DNA of 64,000 bases from Candidatus Bathyarchaeota archaeon (GCA_963815095.1 CAWFFH010000003.1:1120001-1184000); one strand, 5' to 3'; positions 1-10,301 are shown, numbered from the stretch's first letter. Numbers and translations: made by a program. Notes: a model not told the origin generated them from the sequence alone.

Positions 1-223
1 TCAGAGTGTTCATGCAGGTTACCTTGGTTTAGCTGGTCCAGTAATTGCAGAAACTAAAAACACATTGACTCTGATTCATCAAGGTCAACCTAAAAATGTC
101 ATAAAAGACTTGGCAACCTTTGACTTCAAATTTGGCGATGGTACAACTGTAGAAATTGACGGTAACCTATTAGTTGGCAGGTCTGAAGACAGGCTAAAGA
201 AAGGTGTAAAGAGGTTATGGTAA
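1..223 (+). CDS. rnp1: RNase P protein component 1 (Rpp29/Pop4), 5'-truncated by window
   Basis: Frame from nt 2 reads ...VIAETKNTL...VEIDGNLLVGRSEDRLKKGVKRLW*; conserved position before uS17. Confidence 0.85.
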   Translation, partial: QSVHAGYLGLAGPVIAETKNTLTLIHQGQPKNVIKDLATFDFKFGDGTTVEIDGNLLVGRSEDRLKKGVKRLW

Positions 224-224
224 T

Positions 225-545
225 ATGTCGATGAATTTTAAGCAACCAAAAAAGACATGTGACGACCGAAATTGTCCATTCCACGGTGAGTTAGCTGTGC
301 GAGGACGTGTCCTGGAAGGTGTCGTTCACACTGCAAAGATGGATAAAACTGTTATTGTTGACCGAGAATTTACTCAATTCTCCTCAAAATTTGTTCGCTA
401 TGAACGCAGACACGGCCATATTGCTTCCCACAATCCACCATGCATTGACGTTAAGGAAGGCGACCGCGTAAAAATCGCAGAGTGCCGACCAGTCAGTAAG
501 ACAGTATCATTTGTGGTTGTAGAAAAATTAGGAGAGGAACGATAA
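225..545 (+). CDS. rps17: 30S ribosomal protein uS17
   Basis: CDDRNCPFHG, KMDKTVIV, GDRVKIAECRPVSKT motifs. Confidence 0.97.
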   Translation: MSMNFKQPKKTCDDRNCPFHGELAVRGRVLEGVVHTAKMDKTVIVDREFTQFSSKFVRYERRHGHIASHNPPCIDVKEGDRVKIAECRPVSKTVSFVVVEKLGEER

Positions 546-546
546 T

Positions 547-990
547 ATGTGTGCGGCGAAGGCAAAGCAGAGAGCCTTAACAGCAAAAGGTATGCTTTCT
601 CACGGCCAGAAAATTAGTCGTGGACTCTTAGCAGGCTCCGAATTAAGGTGTACCGATAACACAGGTGCACGGGTTTTGCGTTTGATCCAAGCAATGGGTT
701 ATAAAGGTAGACTAAGACGTTACCCATCAGCCACTGTTGGCGACAAAGTAACTGTTTCCGTACGTCAAGGCTCACCCGACATGCGCAAAAAAATATTCCA
801 AGCCGTTATTGTCCGCCAAAGGAAATGTTTCCGACGTGTTGACGGGGTTTGGATTCAATTTGAAGATAACGCCGCAGTAATAATCACACCTGACGGCGAA
901 ATGAAGGGTTCTGAAATTCGTGGCCCAGTAGCAAGAGAGGCAGCTGAAAGATGGCCAAGAATCGCAAGTGCCTCCAGCATAATTGTGTAG
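547..990 (+). CDS. rpl14: 50S ribosomal protein uL14
   Basis: DNTGA, FEDNAAVI, GPVAREAA motifs. Confidence 0.97.
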   Translation: MCAAKAKQRALTAKGMLSHGQKISRGLLAGSELRCTDNTGARVLRLIQAMGYKGRLRRYPSATVGDKVTVSVRQGSPDMRKKIFQAVIVRQRKCFRRVDGVWIQFEDNAAVIITPDGEMKGSEIRGPVAREAAERWPRIASASSIIV

Positions 991-1000
991 GTGTAGAATA

Positions 1001-1654
1001 ATGCAAAATACAAAACGTGTAAAGAACCCTGGTAAACAAAGAAAGATGCTCTTTAACGCTCCCGCTCACATACGACACAAATTCATGTCAGCCCCTCTAT
1101 CACGTGAGTTAACTGCGTCAAGAGGCGCAAAGACTCTTCCAGTAAGAAGAGGCGATACCATTCTCATTAAACGCGGAGATAACAAAGGATTTGAAGGCAA
1201 AGTTTCCCGGGTTGACCTGAAAGCATTCCGCATTTACATTGAAGGATTGACACGCGAAAAAGTAGACGGAACGAACATCTTCCTCCCCGTTCACCCATCC
1301 AAAGTTGAGATACGGAACCTCAACTTGGACGATAAATGGCGAAAGAATATTCTTGAAAGAAAGAAAGCGACAGAAGCTCCCATTAAACAAGAAAAAACTA
1401 AAGCTAAGCCAGCAAAGAAAGCTGAAAAGGCTCCAACTAAAACAAAAGCGGAAGTTGAAGAAGAAAAAACCGTAGATGCAGAAGTTGCAAAAGGGCCTGC
1501 ATCAGAAATGACAACCAAAGAAGCACCCGCAAAGAAGCCTGTCGTCAAAAAAACAGTAACGTCTACAGCAGCAAAGAAGGCACCAGCTGCAAAAGAAACC
1601 GCGTCAAAGGCAAAGTCTAAGAAAACCTCTGAAAAAACTCAAGGAGAACAATAA
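1001..1654 (+). CDS. rpl24: 50S ribosomal protein uL24 with long Lys/Ala/Glu-rich C-terminal extension
   Basis: KQRK..FNAP.H, VRRGD, VHPSKV; ATG at 1001 after AGGTG; about 95 aa low-complexity tail. Confidence 0.95.
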   Translation: MQNTKRVKNPGKQRKMLFNAPAHIRHKFMSAPLSRELTASRGAKTLPVRRGDTILIKRGDNKGFEGKVSRVDLKAFRIYIEGLTREKVDGTNIFLPVHPSKVEIRNLNLDDKWRKNILERKKATEAPIKQEKTKAKPAKKAEKAPTKTKAEVEEEKTVDAEVAKGPASEMTTKEAPAKKPVVKKTVTSTAAKKAPAAKETASKAKSKKTSEKTQGEQ

Positions 1655-1657
1655 AAA

Positions 1658-2422
1658 ATGGGTAAAAAAGGAAAAACTGCAAGGCTGAAACGTAAGCCAG
1701 CTCCAGCATTCTGGCCAATTCACAGAAAAGAATTACCATGGATAGTGAAGCCATCATCAGGTTCACATTCACTGGAAAAATGTGTACCCCTAACGATGGT
1801 TCTAAGGGATATGCTGGGTGTAGCACAAACAAGAAAGGAAGGCAAAATAATTATTTCCCAAGGCAAAGTAATAGTCAACGGGAAAGTTTACAAGAAAGAC
1901 GACATCCCAGTTGGATTAATGGATGTCATTGCTTTCCCTGATAGCGACAAATACTACAGGGTTATGCCATCACACAAAGGTTTGGTTTTAGCTCCAATAA
2001 ATAAGGAAGAATCCAATGTATCTTTGCTTAGAGTAGAGAACAAAACCACGGTCAATAGCGGAGTACAAATTGCTGTTCACGATGGTTCAGTGATGCTGGT
2101 AAAAGTGGCTGACCCAAAAAAACCAGTTGAAGTGACATTTGAAACATTCGATATCTTGAAAGTAACTTATCCAGATAAACAAGTAGTTCAAACCTTAAAG
2201 GTAAAGGAAGGAAACTTGGCAGTAATTACCGGCGGAAAAAACATCGGCAAACTCGGTAAAATAGTTGAAATTGAAAAAACAGAAGCAAAAAAACGTCGCC
2301 AAGCCCTAGTAGTCATCGAAGACTCAGAAGGTAAACGTTGCCAAACAATCCTTGACTTCATCTTCTCAATAGGAGAAACTGAACCACTTATAACTCAACT
2401 GGAGGCATCAGAAGTTGTCTGA
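1658..2422 (+). CDS. rps4e: 30S ribosomal protein eS4
   Basis: LKRKPAP..WPI.RK, PVGLMDVI, ITGGKNIG. Confidence 0.97.
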   Translation: MGKKGKTARLKRKPAPAFWPIHRKELPWIVKPSSGSHSLEKCVPLTMVLRDMLGVAQTRKEGKIIISQGKVIVNGKVYKKDDIPVGLMDVIAFPDSDKYYRVMPSHKGLVLAPINKEESNVSLLRVENKTTVNSGVQIAVHDGSVMLVKVADPKKPVEVTFETFDILKVTYPDKQVVQTLKVKEGNLAVITGGKNIGKLGKIVEIEKTEAKKRRQALVVIEDSEGKRCQTILDFIFSIGETEPLITQLEASEVV

Positions 2423-2954
2423 AGAAGCACTAATTAGTAAATGGGAACAACATCCAATGTTAAAGCCACGAATCGATAAAGTAGTAGTGAACCTTAACGT
2501 TGGGAAATCAGGCGAACCACTTGAAAAAGCAAACAGCGTCCTCAAGGAAATCACAGGTCAAACACCAATAAAAAGGAGAGCCAAGAAAACAATCCGAGAC
2601 TTCGGCATACGTGAAGGTGAATCAATCGCCGTTGTCGTAACCTTGCGTAAACAAAAAGCCATAGATTTCCTCAAAAAAATATTGCCTGTAGTAGATAACA
2701 AGGTTGCAAAACGTTCCTTTGACGAACGCGGCAACTTTGCCTTTGGTCTAAAAGAACACATTGAAATTCCAGGCGTAAAATACGACCCAGAAATTGGCAT
2801 TTTTGGAATGGATGTCTGTGTCTCAGTTAATCGTCCTGGACAAAGAATCAGAATCCGCAGAAAACAAAACAAGAAAATCGGTCCAAAGCACCTGTTAACA
2901 CCTGATGAATCAATTGTTTTCATAAAACAAACTTTAGGAGTCGAAATCGTCTAA
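2415..2954 (+). CDS. rpl5: 50S ribosomal protein uL5
   Basis: [28 protein letters not shown]; TTG start. Confidence 0.97.
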   Translation: MSEEALISKWEQHPMLKPRIDKVVVNLNVGKSGEPLEKANSVLKEITGQTPIKRRAKKTIRDFGIREGESIAVVVTLRKQKAIDFLKKILPVVDNKVAKRSFDERGNFAFGLKEHIEIPGVKYDPEIGIFGMDVCVSVNRPGQRIRIRRKQNKKIGPKHLLTPDESIVFIKQTLGVEIV

Positions 2955-2970
2955 AACTGAGAGTGAATGT

Positions 2971-3135
2971 ATGGGAAAAGAGCAAGTTAAGAAAGTAAGA
3001 AAATACGGCAAAGGTTCACGCCCATGTGTTAGATGTGGTTCGTATGGACCAGTCATCCGACGTTATGATTTATATTTATGTAGGACATGCTTTAGAGAAG
3101 CTGCACCAAAATTGGGGTTCAAGAAATACGAGTAG
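2971..3135 (+). CDS. rps14: 30S ribosomal protein uS14 (zinc-binding)
   Basis: Not in ORF track; translates [54 protein letters not shown]. Confidence 0.96.
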   Translation: MGKEQVKKVRKYGKGSRPCVRCGSYGPVIRRYDLYLCRTCFREAAPKLGFKKYE

Positions 3136-3151
3136 GAGCTAAAGAAAAACT

Positions 3152-3535
3152 ATGGATACTTTAACAAATGGTTTGATAACCATCAAAAACAACGAAACAC
3201 GCAACAAGCGCGAATGTATAATTAGCCCTGCCTCTAAACTTTTGGGACGCGTATTACGCATTATGCAGCTTAACGGTTACATCGGAGAATTCGAGTTCAT
3301 CGACGATGGACGCCAAGGAAAATTCAAAGTCCAACTGCTGGGTAGGATAAACAAATGCGGGCCAGTTAAACCACGTTTCGCCGTAAAGGTTGACGAATTT
3401 GAAGAATGGGAAAAGAAGTTCCTCCCATCAAGAGATGTTGGCATAATGGTTGTTTCAACTTCCAAAGGCGTAATAGGTCACAAAGATGCTGAAGGAAAAA
3501 ACCTTGGAGGAAGGCTCTTAGCCTTCGTGTATTAA
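3152..3535 (+). CDS. rps8: 30S ribosomal protein uS8
   Basis: GYIGEFEFIDDGR, GRINKCG, STSKG, GGRLLAFVY. Confidence 0.97.
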   Translation: MDTLTNGLITIKNNETRNKRECIISPASKLLGRVLRIMQLNGYIGEFEFIDDGRQGKFKVQLLGRINKCGPVKPRFAVKVDEFEEWEKKFLPSRDVGIMVVSTSKGVIGHKDAEGKNLGGRLLAFVY

Positions 3536-3547
3536 GGAGTGTAATTT

Positions 3548-4093
3548 ATGCGGCTTCCAGAAATATCTAAAACTGTTCAAGTTCCAAATGACGTAACCCT
3601 GAGTCTAGAAAGCAAAAAAATCAGTGTCAAAGGTGCTAAAGGTACATTAATACGCGATTTCTCGTTTGCTCCAATTTCAATAGAAGGCGAAGGCAAAAAC
3701 GTCCGCATTTCAGCCAAGTGGCCGCGCAAAAAGGAAGCTGCTCTGGTAGGCACTATCTATTCGCACATAAATAACATGATAACAGGCGTAACAAAAGGCT
3801 ACCAATACAAACTCAAAATAGTATTCTCGCACTTTCCCATTTCAGTAAAGCTTCAGGACAAATCCGTCTTGATTGAAAACTTTACGGGAGAACGTAGACC
3901 TCGCAGGATAAAATTAGTCGGTAGCGTTAAAGTGAAAATTGAACCTGACGACATCATTGTTGAAGGCGCAAACTTGGAAGAAGTCAGCCAAACCGCCGCC
4001 AACATTGAACAGGCAACACGGGTTAGAAATAAAGACCCAAGAGTTTTCCTCGACGGCATATACGTATATGAAAGAAACGAAGGAATGGCATAA
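3548..4093 (+). CDS. rpl6: 50S ribosomal protein uL6
   Basis: HINNMITGVTKG, SHFPI, NFTGER, DPRVFLDGIYV. Confidence 0.97.
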   Translation: MRLPEISKTVQVPNDVTLSLESKKISVKGAKGTLIRDFSFAPISIEGEGKNVRISAKWPRKKEAALVGTIYSHINNMITGVTKGYQYKLKIVFSHFPISVKLQDKSVLIENFTGERRPRRIKLVGSVKVKIEPDDIIVEGANLEEVSQTAANIEQATRVRNKDPRVFLDGIYVYERNEGMA

Positions 4094-4656
4094 TGACTGA
4101 AAAGAAACCTTCCCCATCACGCGAAGCACTCAAACTTAGAGCGCGCGCAAGGAACAAGAAACCCAAATTCGTAAGAGCTGAAAGCTGGAAATACGACCGC
4201 TTCAGCATAAGCTGGAGAAAACCACGCGGCTTAGACAACAAAATACGCCGAAAAATCAAAGGGTGGCCACCAGGACCCAGTATGGGTTACAAGGGACCAA
4301 AAATCGCCCGATTCCTCCATCCATCCGGATACCGCGAAGTCATAATTTTCAATGTAGAAGGCTTATCCACTATAGATCCTAACACTCAAGCTGCACGCAT
4401 CTCCCACACAGTCGGCAAACGAAAACGCGCTGGAATCATAGCAGAAGCTAAGAATCTTAATATTAAAATTTTGAACCTCAAAGTTTCTAAGGAAACTGAA
4501 GAAGAGACAACCGAGGAAGTCGCTGAGGGTGAAGCACCAGAGGCAGAAGCTGCAGAGAAAGAAGCCTCAAAAGAAGAGAAGAAGCCAAAGAAAGAAACCA
4601 AAAAGAAAGCACCCAAAACTAAACCTAAAGCCAAGAAGGGAGAAAAGAAACAATGA
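4093..4656 (+). CDS. rpl32e: 50S ribosomal protein eL32 with acidic/basic C-terminal tail
   Basis: KPKFVR, WRKPRGLDNK, LHPSG. Confidence 0.95.
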   Translation: MTEKKPSPSREALKLRARARNKKPKFVRAESWKYDRFSISWRKPRGLDNKIRRKIKGWPPGPSMGYKGPKIARFLHPSGYREVIIFNVEGLSTIDPNTQAARISHTVGKRKRAGIIAEAKNLNIKILNLKVSKETEEETTEEVAEGEAPEAEAAEKEASKEEKKPKKETKKKAPKTKPKAKKGEKKQ

Positions 4657-5108
4657 CTGACTTAAGCGGACAAAGACGTTTAGCTGCTCAAATCCTCAAG
4701 ATTGGGCAAAACCGTGTTTGGATTAATCCTGAACGTATGGCTGATGTTGAAGGCGCAATTACACGTGAAGAGGTTAGAAAGCTGATTCACGAGAAAATAA
4801 TCGTTACATTGCCCCAACAAGGAGTAAGCAGATCCCGCGCAAAGGTTATTCGAGCCAAAAAACTCAAGGGCAGACGTAGTGGTCCAGGAAGCCTAAAAGG
4901 CGCTAGCCACTCAAAGGTTACCAAGAAAGAAGCTTGGATGATAAAAATTCGTTCTCTACGGCGCAAGCTTAGAGATTTGAAAGCAAGAAAAGTCATAACT
5001 GACGAAACCTACACCCAATATTACAGGATGGCAGGCAGCGGCAGATTTGAGTCTATTGCTGATTTAGAACGCAATTTGAAAGCGCATGATTTATGGAGGA
5101 AACGTTAG
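4653..5108 (+). CDS. rpl19e: 50S ribosomal protein eL19
   Basis: QRRLAA, RVWINP, GPGSLKG, WMIKIR. Confidence 0.97.
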   Translation: MTDLSGQRRLAAQILKIGQNRVWINPERMADVEGAITREEVRKLIHEKIIVTLPQQGVSRSRAKVIRAKKLKGRRSGPGSLKGASHSKVTKKEAWMIKIRSLRRKLRDLKARKVITDETYTQYYRMAGSGRFESIADLERNLKAHDLWRKR

Positions 5109-6005
5109 ATGGCAAAAAAAGCAAATTACCGAGTACAACTGCGACGTAGGCGTGAAGGAAAAACCGATTACCAAGCCCGCAAGGCACTGGTTACATCCAG
5201 AAAGCCAAGGCTTGTCACAAGGGCGTCACTCAAAAATGTTGAAGTACAAATAATAATCGCTAAGCCCCATGGTGATGAGGTTTTAGCATCAGCTAACAGC
5301 CGCGAACTCATTAAGTCTTATGGATGGAGAGCTCCCACAGGCAACATCCCCGCTGCTTACCTAACGGGTTTGCTTTGCGGTGTGAAAGCTAAAGCTGCAG
5401 GCATAAAAGAGGCAATTTTGGACATAGGCTTGGTTTCGCCAACGAAAGGCTCAAAAATCTTCGCTGTCTTAAGCGGCGTGGTTGACGCTGGAGTGCAAGT
5501 TCCTCACGGTGAAGATAAAATCGTCAAAGAACGTATGAAAGGAGAACACATAGCCAAATATGCAAAAACCTTGGGCATCGGATCCGAAGATTACACAGCC
5601 AAATTCTCACAGTACAACGCGCAAGGTGTGGCTCCAGAAAAAATCGCTGAACACTTCACTAAAGTTAAAGCTGACATTTTGTCTGGCTCAAAGAGTGCTA
5701 AAATAGCCGTAGTAGCTGTTGCACCAAAAGCGGCCTCAAAAGAGAAAGCTACAAAAGCAGCGGTTAAAACAGCAGCACCAGCCCAAAAAGAAAAAGCACC
5801 AATTAAGGCTAAAGAAGAAAAACCAGCAGAAGTAGAACCTGTGAAAGCGAAAGCTGCACCAAAAGCGAAAGTAGCCAAAGAGAAAACGCCAAAGGAAAAA
5901 GTTACAAAAGAAAAAGCTGCCCCAAAAGAAAAAGAGGCAAAAGCACCAAAAGAAGCTGCAACCAAAAAAAAGGCTACAGCTAAGAAAGGTGGAAAGAAAG
6001 CATGA
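5109..6005 (+). CDS. rpl18: 50S ribosomal protein uL18 with about 100 aa Lys/Ala-rich tail
   Basis: RRRREGKTDY, NIPAAYLTG, LDIG. Confidence 0.96.
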   Translation: MAKKANYRVQLRRRREGKTDYQARKALVTSRKPRLVTRASLKNVEVQIIIAKPHGDEVLASANSRELIKSYGWRAPTGNIPAAYLTGLLCGVKAKAAGIKEAILDIGLVSPTKGSKIFAVLSGVVDAGVQVPHGEDKIVKERMKGEHIAKYAKTLGIGSEDYTAKFSQYNAQGVAPEKIAEHFTKVKADILSGSKSAKIAVVAVAPKAASKEKATKAAVKTAAPAQKEKAPIKAKEEKPAEVEPVKAKAAPKAKVAKEKTPKEKVTKEKAAPKEKEAKAPKEAATKKKATAKKGGKKA

Positions 6006-6658
6006 GTAGTAGAAACCGAAATGAAAGAGAAAAGCGTACGACTAACTTAGAAGCTTGGATACCAAAAACCCGGCTTGGTAAGATGATTCAGGAAGGCAAA
6101 ATTACCAGCATCGAAGACGTCTTCTTATCGGGCATAAAAATCTCCGAATCTCAAATCGTCGACTCGTTGATTCCTGACTTGCAGGAAGAAGTCATAAACG
6201 TTAACTTGGTTCAGAAGCAAACTGACGCAGGCGAAAAATCACGCTTCAAAGCCATCGTCGCAGTCGGCAACCGAGACGGCTACATTGGATTAGGCAGCGG
6301 AAAAGCTAGCCAAGTAAGAAACGCTATCGAAAAAGCCGCAGTAAATGCCCGCTTAAACATTATCCCCGTTAAACGAGGATGCGGAAGTTGGGAATGTGGC
6401 TGCGGTAAACCACACTCAGTGCCATTCGAAGTAGAAGGTAAATGTGGCGGTGTCCGTGTAATTATCGTTCCAGGGCCAAGAGGTTTAGGTTTAGTTTCAA
6501 GCGAAGTAGCAAAAGTTATATTAGGTTTAGCTGGTGTGAAAGACCTTTGGATGCGAAGTTTCGGTTCCACAAGAACGGTGCCCTCTTACGCATGCGCAAT
6601 CTTTGACGGATTAAGGAAGACTTATAATTTGATTACCACAGTGGACTGGGTGAAGTAA
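6002..6658 (+). CDS. rps5: 30S ribosomal protein uS5
   Basis: WIPKTRLG, VQKQTDAG, GCGSWECGCG, PGPRGLGL. Confidence 0.97.
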   Translation: MSSRNRNEREKRTTNLEAWIPKTRLGKMIQEGKITSIEDVFLSGIKISESQIVDSLIPDLQEEVINVNLVQKQTDAGEKSRFKAIVAVGNRDGYIGLGSGKASQVRNAIEKAAVNARLNIIPVKRGCGSWECGCGKPHSVPFEVEGKCGGVRVIIVPGPRGLGLVSSEVAKVILGLAGVKDLWMRSFGSTRTVPSYACAIFDGLRKTYNLITTVDWVK

Positions 6659-6659
6659 A

Positions 6660-7148
6660 ATGGCGCAGAAAATAGAAGAATGCAAACCTCTCGTCGTAGT
6701 ACGAATCCGTGGACTCGTTAGTGCTCAGCGCGAAGCCAGAGAAACCCTTGACCTACTCAATCTAAACCACACCAATCACGCTATCATAATCGACAGCCGA
6801 CCATCCTACAAAGGTATGCTTCAACGCGTAAACAGCTACGTCACCTACGGGGAACCCACAACAGAAACCGTAACTATGATGCTACAAAAACGCGCGCTCC
6901 TTGCAGGCGACAAAAAACTAACTGAAGAATACCTTACAAAAATAGGCTACAAATCTTTCGCGGACCTCGCAGAAGCCATAGTTGCCTGCAAAGTGCAATA
7001 CGGCAAACTTCCAGACATACAAGCACGTTTCCGACTGCATCCACCAAGCAAAGGCTACAAGGGCAAAACCAAAAAAGGCTTCAAAGCAGGTGGCGAAGCT
7101 GGCTACCGCGGAGAAGCAATCAACGCATTAGTCCAACGCATGGTCTAA
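6660..7148 (+). CDS. rpl30: 50S ribosomal protein uL30
   Basis: VVRIRG, FRLHPP.KG, GYRGEAIN.L..RM. Confidence 0.96.
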   Translation: MAQKIEECKPLVVVRIRGLVSAQREARETLDLLNLNHTNHAIIIDSRPSYKGMLQRVNSYVTYGEPTTETVTMMLQKRALLAGDKKLTEEYLTKIGYKSFADLAEAIVACKVQYGKLPDIQARFRLHPPSKGYKGKTKKGFKAGGEAGYRGEAINALVQRMV

Positions 7149-7657
7149 ACAACAAATACGCTCAATTATTTTTTGTTTTGTTTAATTCTTAATTGGTTTA
7201 AAAGTTATTTTGTTAAATTATTTCTAAAGCAGATTGTAATATAGTTCGTTATCATAATTGTTTTATCCAATAATGATTATTTAACTTTCGAGATCTTTTC
7301 TTGTTTATGCTCTAATATTTTTATAAATTTGTTAAGTTTTTGTGAAGTATTTTGTTTAGCAATGTAATTTTTCAAATCCATGTAGTATATTTAGTTCATA
7401 TAGTCTCTATCCAGAAGTTAACGAAGTGGATCATTTTGTTTATTTTTCCAGACATTAATAAATTGAAAACCATAAATCACTGAATTGCCCATTATTTTTC
7501 ACAAAATCAGCCTGCTTCCGCCGGCGTATCACCGTGCAATCGCTGTTTTCATTGATATTTTGCTTATTGTCGGTTAGGGGATTTGTCACCGTTTATGTGC
7601 GATACGTTTTATAACATCCTTAGAGAGATGCGTTAGTCAATTGGAGGGGCAAGATAC

Positions 7658-8101
7658 ATGAGTGCAAGATGGAGAAGAAGCAGTAAGAAACGCAAGTGGC
7701 TTGATTTTAACGAGTTTAAGGACAAGAAACCTGTAGTAACCCAGAAAACTCGACGGTTAAAAAACATGCCTGCACATACAAGTTTTCGCCCATCCAAAAG
7801 CTTTATCAAACGCAACTTAGCTGAACAAAAACCTTTAATTGACATCTTCCAAGAAAACAACACAATTACTATAGTTGCTGAAATAGTAGGCTTTAATAAG
7901 GAATCTCTCAAGATAAATGTGAAAGATCAGAAAATTACGCTGTCGGCAAAGTCAAAAGACCGAAGATACTATAAAAGTTTAAATCTTCCGACGGTAGTGA
8001 TTCCAAACGCAATGCACACCAAATTTAAGAATGGCGTGCTCGAAATCAAGCTTAAAAAAGCTGAAACAATCGATAAAGAAGCGGATCAAAATGCCACATA
8101 A
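7658..8101 (+). CDS. Hsp20/alpha-crystallin family small heat shock protein
   Basis: PLIDIF, AEIVG..KESL, YYKSLNLP, FKNGVLEIKLKK; SD GGAGG; stop overlaps rpl15 start. Confidence 0.85.
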   Translation: MSARWRRSSKKRKWLDFNEFKDKKPVVTQKTRRLKNMPAHTSFRPSKSFIKRNLAEQKPLIDIFQENNTITIVAEIVGFNKESLKINVKDQKITLSAKSKDRRYYKSLNLPTVVIPNAMHTKFKNGVLEIKLKKAETIDKEADQNAT

Positions 8102-8501
8102 ACTAAGAAAAATCAGAAAAACAAGAGGCTCAAGAACACAAGGTTACGGAAGAATAGGTCAACACCGAGACAGCGGCAGTAAAGGCGCCCGAAAAGTTGG
8201 ACGCCACAAACACCTGTGGAGTCTAGTTGTTACTTCTGAACCCAACTACTTCGGAAAACACGGATTTACGTCACCACAAAGCCTACACACTAAAACAAAC
8301 ACAATTAACCTAATCAAACTTGACCAATTAGCTCAAGGCTCCGAAATCGACCTAACCGATCTTGGCTACACCAAACTCTTAGGCACAGGAAAAATCAGCA
8401 AACCCCTGACTATAAAAGTAGCGTCATTCTCAAAATCTGCACAAGAAAAAGTCACCCAAGCCGGCGGAAAAATCGTAGCTCCCCAAACCCACGGAGAGTA
8501 A
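8091..8501 (+). CDS. rpl15: 50S ribosomal protein uL15
   Basis: MPHKLRKIRKTRGSRTQGYG, FGKHGF, KLLGTG. Confidence 0.96.
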   Translation: MPHKLRKIRKTRGSRTQGYGRIGQHRDSGSKGARKVGRHKHLWSLVVTSEPNYFGKHGFTSPQSLHTKTNTINLIKLDQLAQGSEIDLTDLGYTKLLGTGKISKPLTIKVASFSKSAQEKVTQAGGKIVAPQTHGE

Positions 8502-8510
8502 AACTGCTAA

Positions 8511-9929
8511 ATGCCCGGAAGATTTCTCAGCCTCTTCAAACCAATAGGCAGAGTTTTACCTGAAATAAAAAAGCCTGAACGCAAAGTAAGCTTTAATGAA
8601 AAAATCTTCTGGACTGCACTCGTTCTTATTATTTTCCTTGTCATGACTGAAATCCCGCTTTTTGGGATTGAAAAAGCAGCCTCTGATAGTTTTGGTCAAT
8701 TAAGAGTTATTTTTGCTTCCAACCGCGGCACCTTGATGGAGCTGGGTATCGGTCCAATTGTTACTGCTGGATTAATTCTCCAATTGCTCGCAGGATCCTC
8801 AATTATTAAATGTGACATGTCAAACTCTGAGGATAGAGGACTTTTCACTTCAGCAAGCAAAGTCTTTAGCATTGTATTAACCGGCATCCAAGCTGGCGCA
8901 TACATTTTAAGCGGCATGTATGGTACGACCCTAGCTGGACCCACAATTATAGTAATTTTCCTGCAACTCCTTTTCGCAGGCATAATCGTAATGTTAATGG
9001 ATGAACTCGTCCAAAAAGGATGGGGATTAGGCAGCGGAATCAGCCTATTCATCATGGCAGGCGTTGCCCAAAACGTCTTATGGTCAACCTTCTCGCCGCC
9101 CACAGGATTATTCGTTGGTTCTCTCTCAGCCTATTTAGGCGGTTCACAAACTTTAGTTCAATGGTCCTTTGGCAGTGCTTCAGGGGTTTACCCGTCCCTG
9201 CTAGGCTTCTTTGCCACTATTGCCGTTTTCTTGATTGTCATTTATTTGCAAGGCGTAAGAATTGAGCTTCCAATGAGCTACGCTGGGTACAAAGGCTTCC
9301 GAAGCAGATACCCAATTAAACTCCTTTATGTCTCAAACCTGCCAGTTATCTTTGCATCAGCCCTATTCGCAAACGTTTACTTCTTCAGTCAACTACTTTG
9401 GAGTCAATTTGGACGACCTGCGCCAGGAACGAATTTGTTCTTCCAATTTATAGGTGATTACAGCTATAACGCAACATCAGGAGCTGTTACAAACGTAGGG
9501 GGCTTAGCATATTATGTTACTGCACCACGAAACATTCAAACCGTAATAGCTGCGCCAGTGCAAGCTTTCGCATACTTAGGTGTCATAATAATTTTCTGTG
9601 CCGTCTTCTCATTGATTTGGCTTGAAGTCGGCGGTTTAGGACCTTCAAAAGTCGCACAGCAACTCATGGACAGCGGCATGCAAATTCCAGGTTACCGTCG
9701 CTCAGGACGACCCATCGAAGCCATCCTCAAACGTTACATACCTGTAGTTACAGTTTTAGGAGGTATTATCGTTGGGCTTGTGGCTGGGGTCTCCGACTTC
9801 TTTGGTGCCTTCGGTTCAGGTACGGGTATCTTGCTGTCAGTAGGCATCATCTACCAGTACTACGAACTGCTGATGCGTGAACGCGCCGCAGAGATGTTCC
9901 CAGCGTTCAGAAGAATCCTGGGCGAATAG
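8511..9929 (+). CDS. secY: Preprotein translocase subunit SecY (Sec61alpha)
   Basis: GTLMELGIGPIVTAG, GLGSGISLFI, YPIKLLYVSNLPVI, GSGTGILL. Confidence 0.98.
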   Translation: MPGRFLSLFKPIGRVLPEIKKPERKVSFNEKIFWTALVLIIFLVMTEIPLFGIEKAASDSFGQLRVIFASNRGTLMELGIGPIVTAGLILQLLAGSSIIKCDMSNSEDRGLFTSASKVFSIVLTGIQAGAYILSGMYGTTLAGPTIIVIFLQLLFAGIIVMLMDELVQKGWGLGSGISLFIMAGVAQNVLWSTFSPPTGLFVGSLSAYLGGSQTLVQWSFGSASGVYPSLLGFFATIAVFLIVIYLQGVRIELPMSYAGYKGFRSRYPIKLLYVSNLPVIFASALFANVYFFSQLLWSQFGRPAPGTNLFFQFIGDYSYNATSGAVTNVGGLAYYVTAPRNIQTVIAAPVQAFAYLGVIIIFCAVFSLIWLEVGGLGPSKVAQQLMDSGMQIPGYRRSGRPIEAILKRYIPVVTVLGGIIVGLVAGVSDFFGAFGSGTGILLSVGIIYQYYELLMRERAAEMFPAFRRILGE

Positions 9930-9937
9930 CATAAACA

Positions 9938-9980
9938 ACGCTGACCAGTAAGTTGGCGTTTGCCTCTCTTTCTTTCTTAA
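9938..9980 (+). terminator. Hairpin plus pyrimidine tract after secY
   Basis: AACGCTGAC-cagtaa-GTTGGCGTT followed by CCTCTCTTTCTTTCTT. Confidence 0.55.
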
Positions 9981-10301
9981 TTAAGTCTACTTAATTTCAA
10001 CCGGTTGTAACTCAGCAACCAAAGAATCACTGGATTCACGACTTTTCCCGACTTTAAAGCGTAGATTCGGGTAAATGACGGATGGTGTTTTGGGCGCATT
10101 TCATTTTCTTAAACGCTAATTTTCGTTATTATGCTCATTTTTTGGTCGGCTCATTTCGTATGCTTTGATAGGTCTTCTTAGTTTAGAGGAAAGTGGCTTC
10201 TTTACCCAAATCTTATAAACAATATGAAACAAAAATTGAAAGATTGAACAGGTTGCACATGCTTCCTGTTCAACCAACAAATTGAAAAAGGAGAAAAGAA
10301 C

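Noticed and set aside
10000-10110. Short hairpins after the secY terminator (GGTTG/CAACC, CCCGA/TCGGG)
   Set aside because: Short stems with no recognisable C/D or H/ACA boxes; insufficient support for an ncRNA
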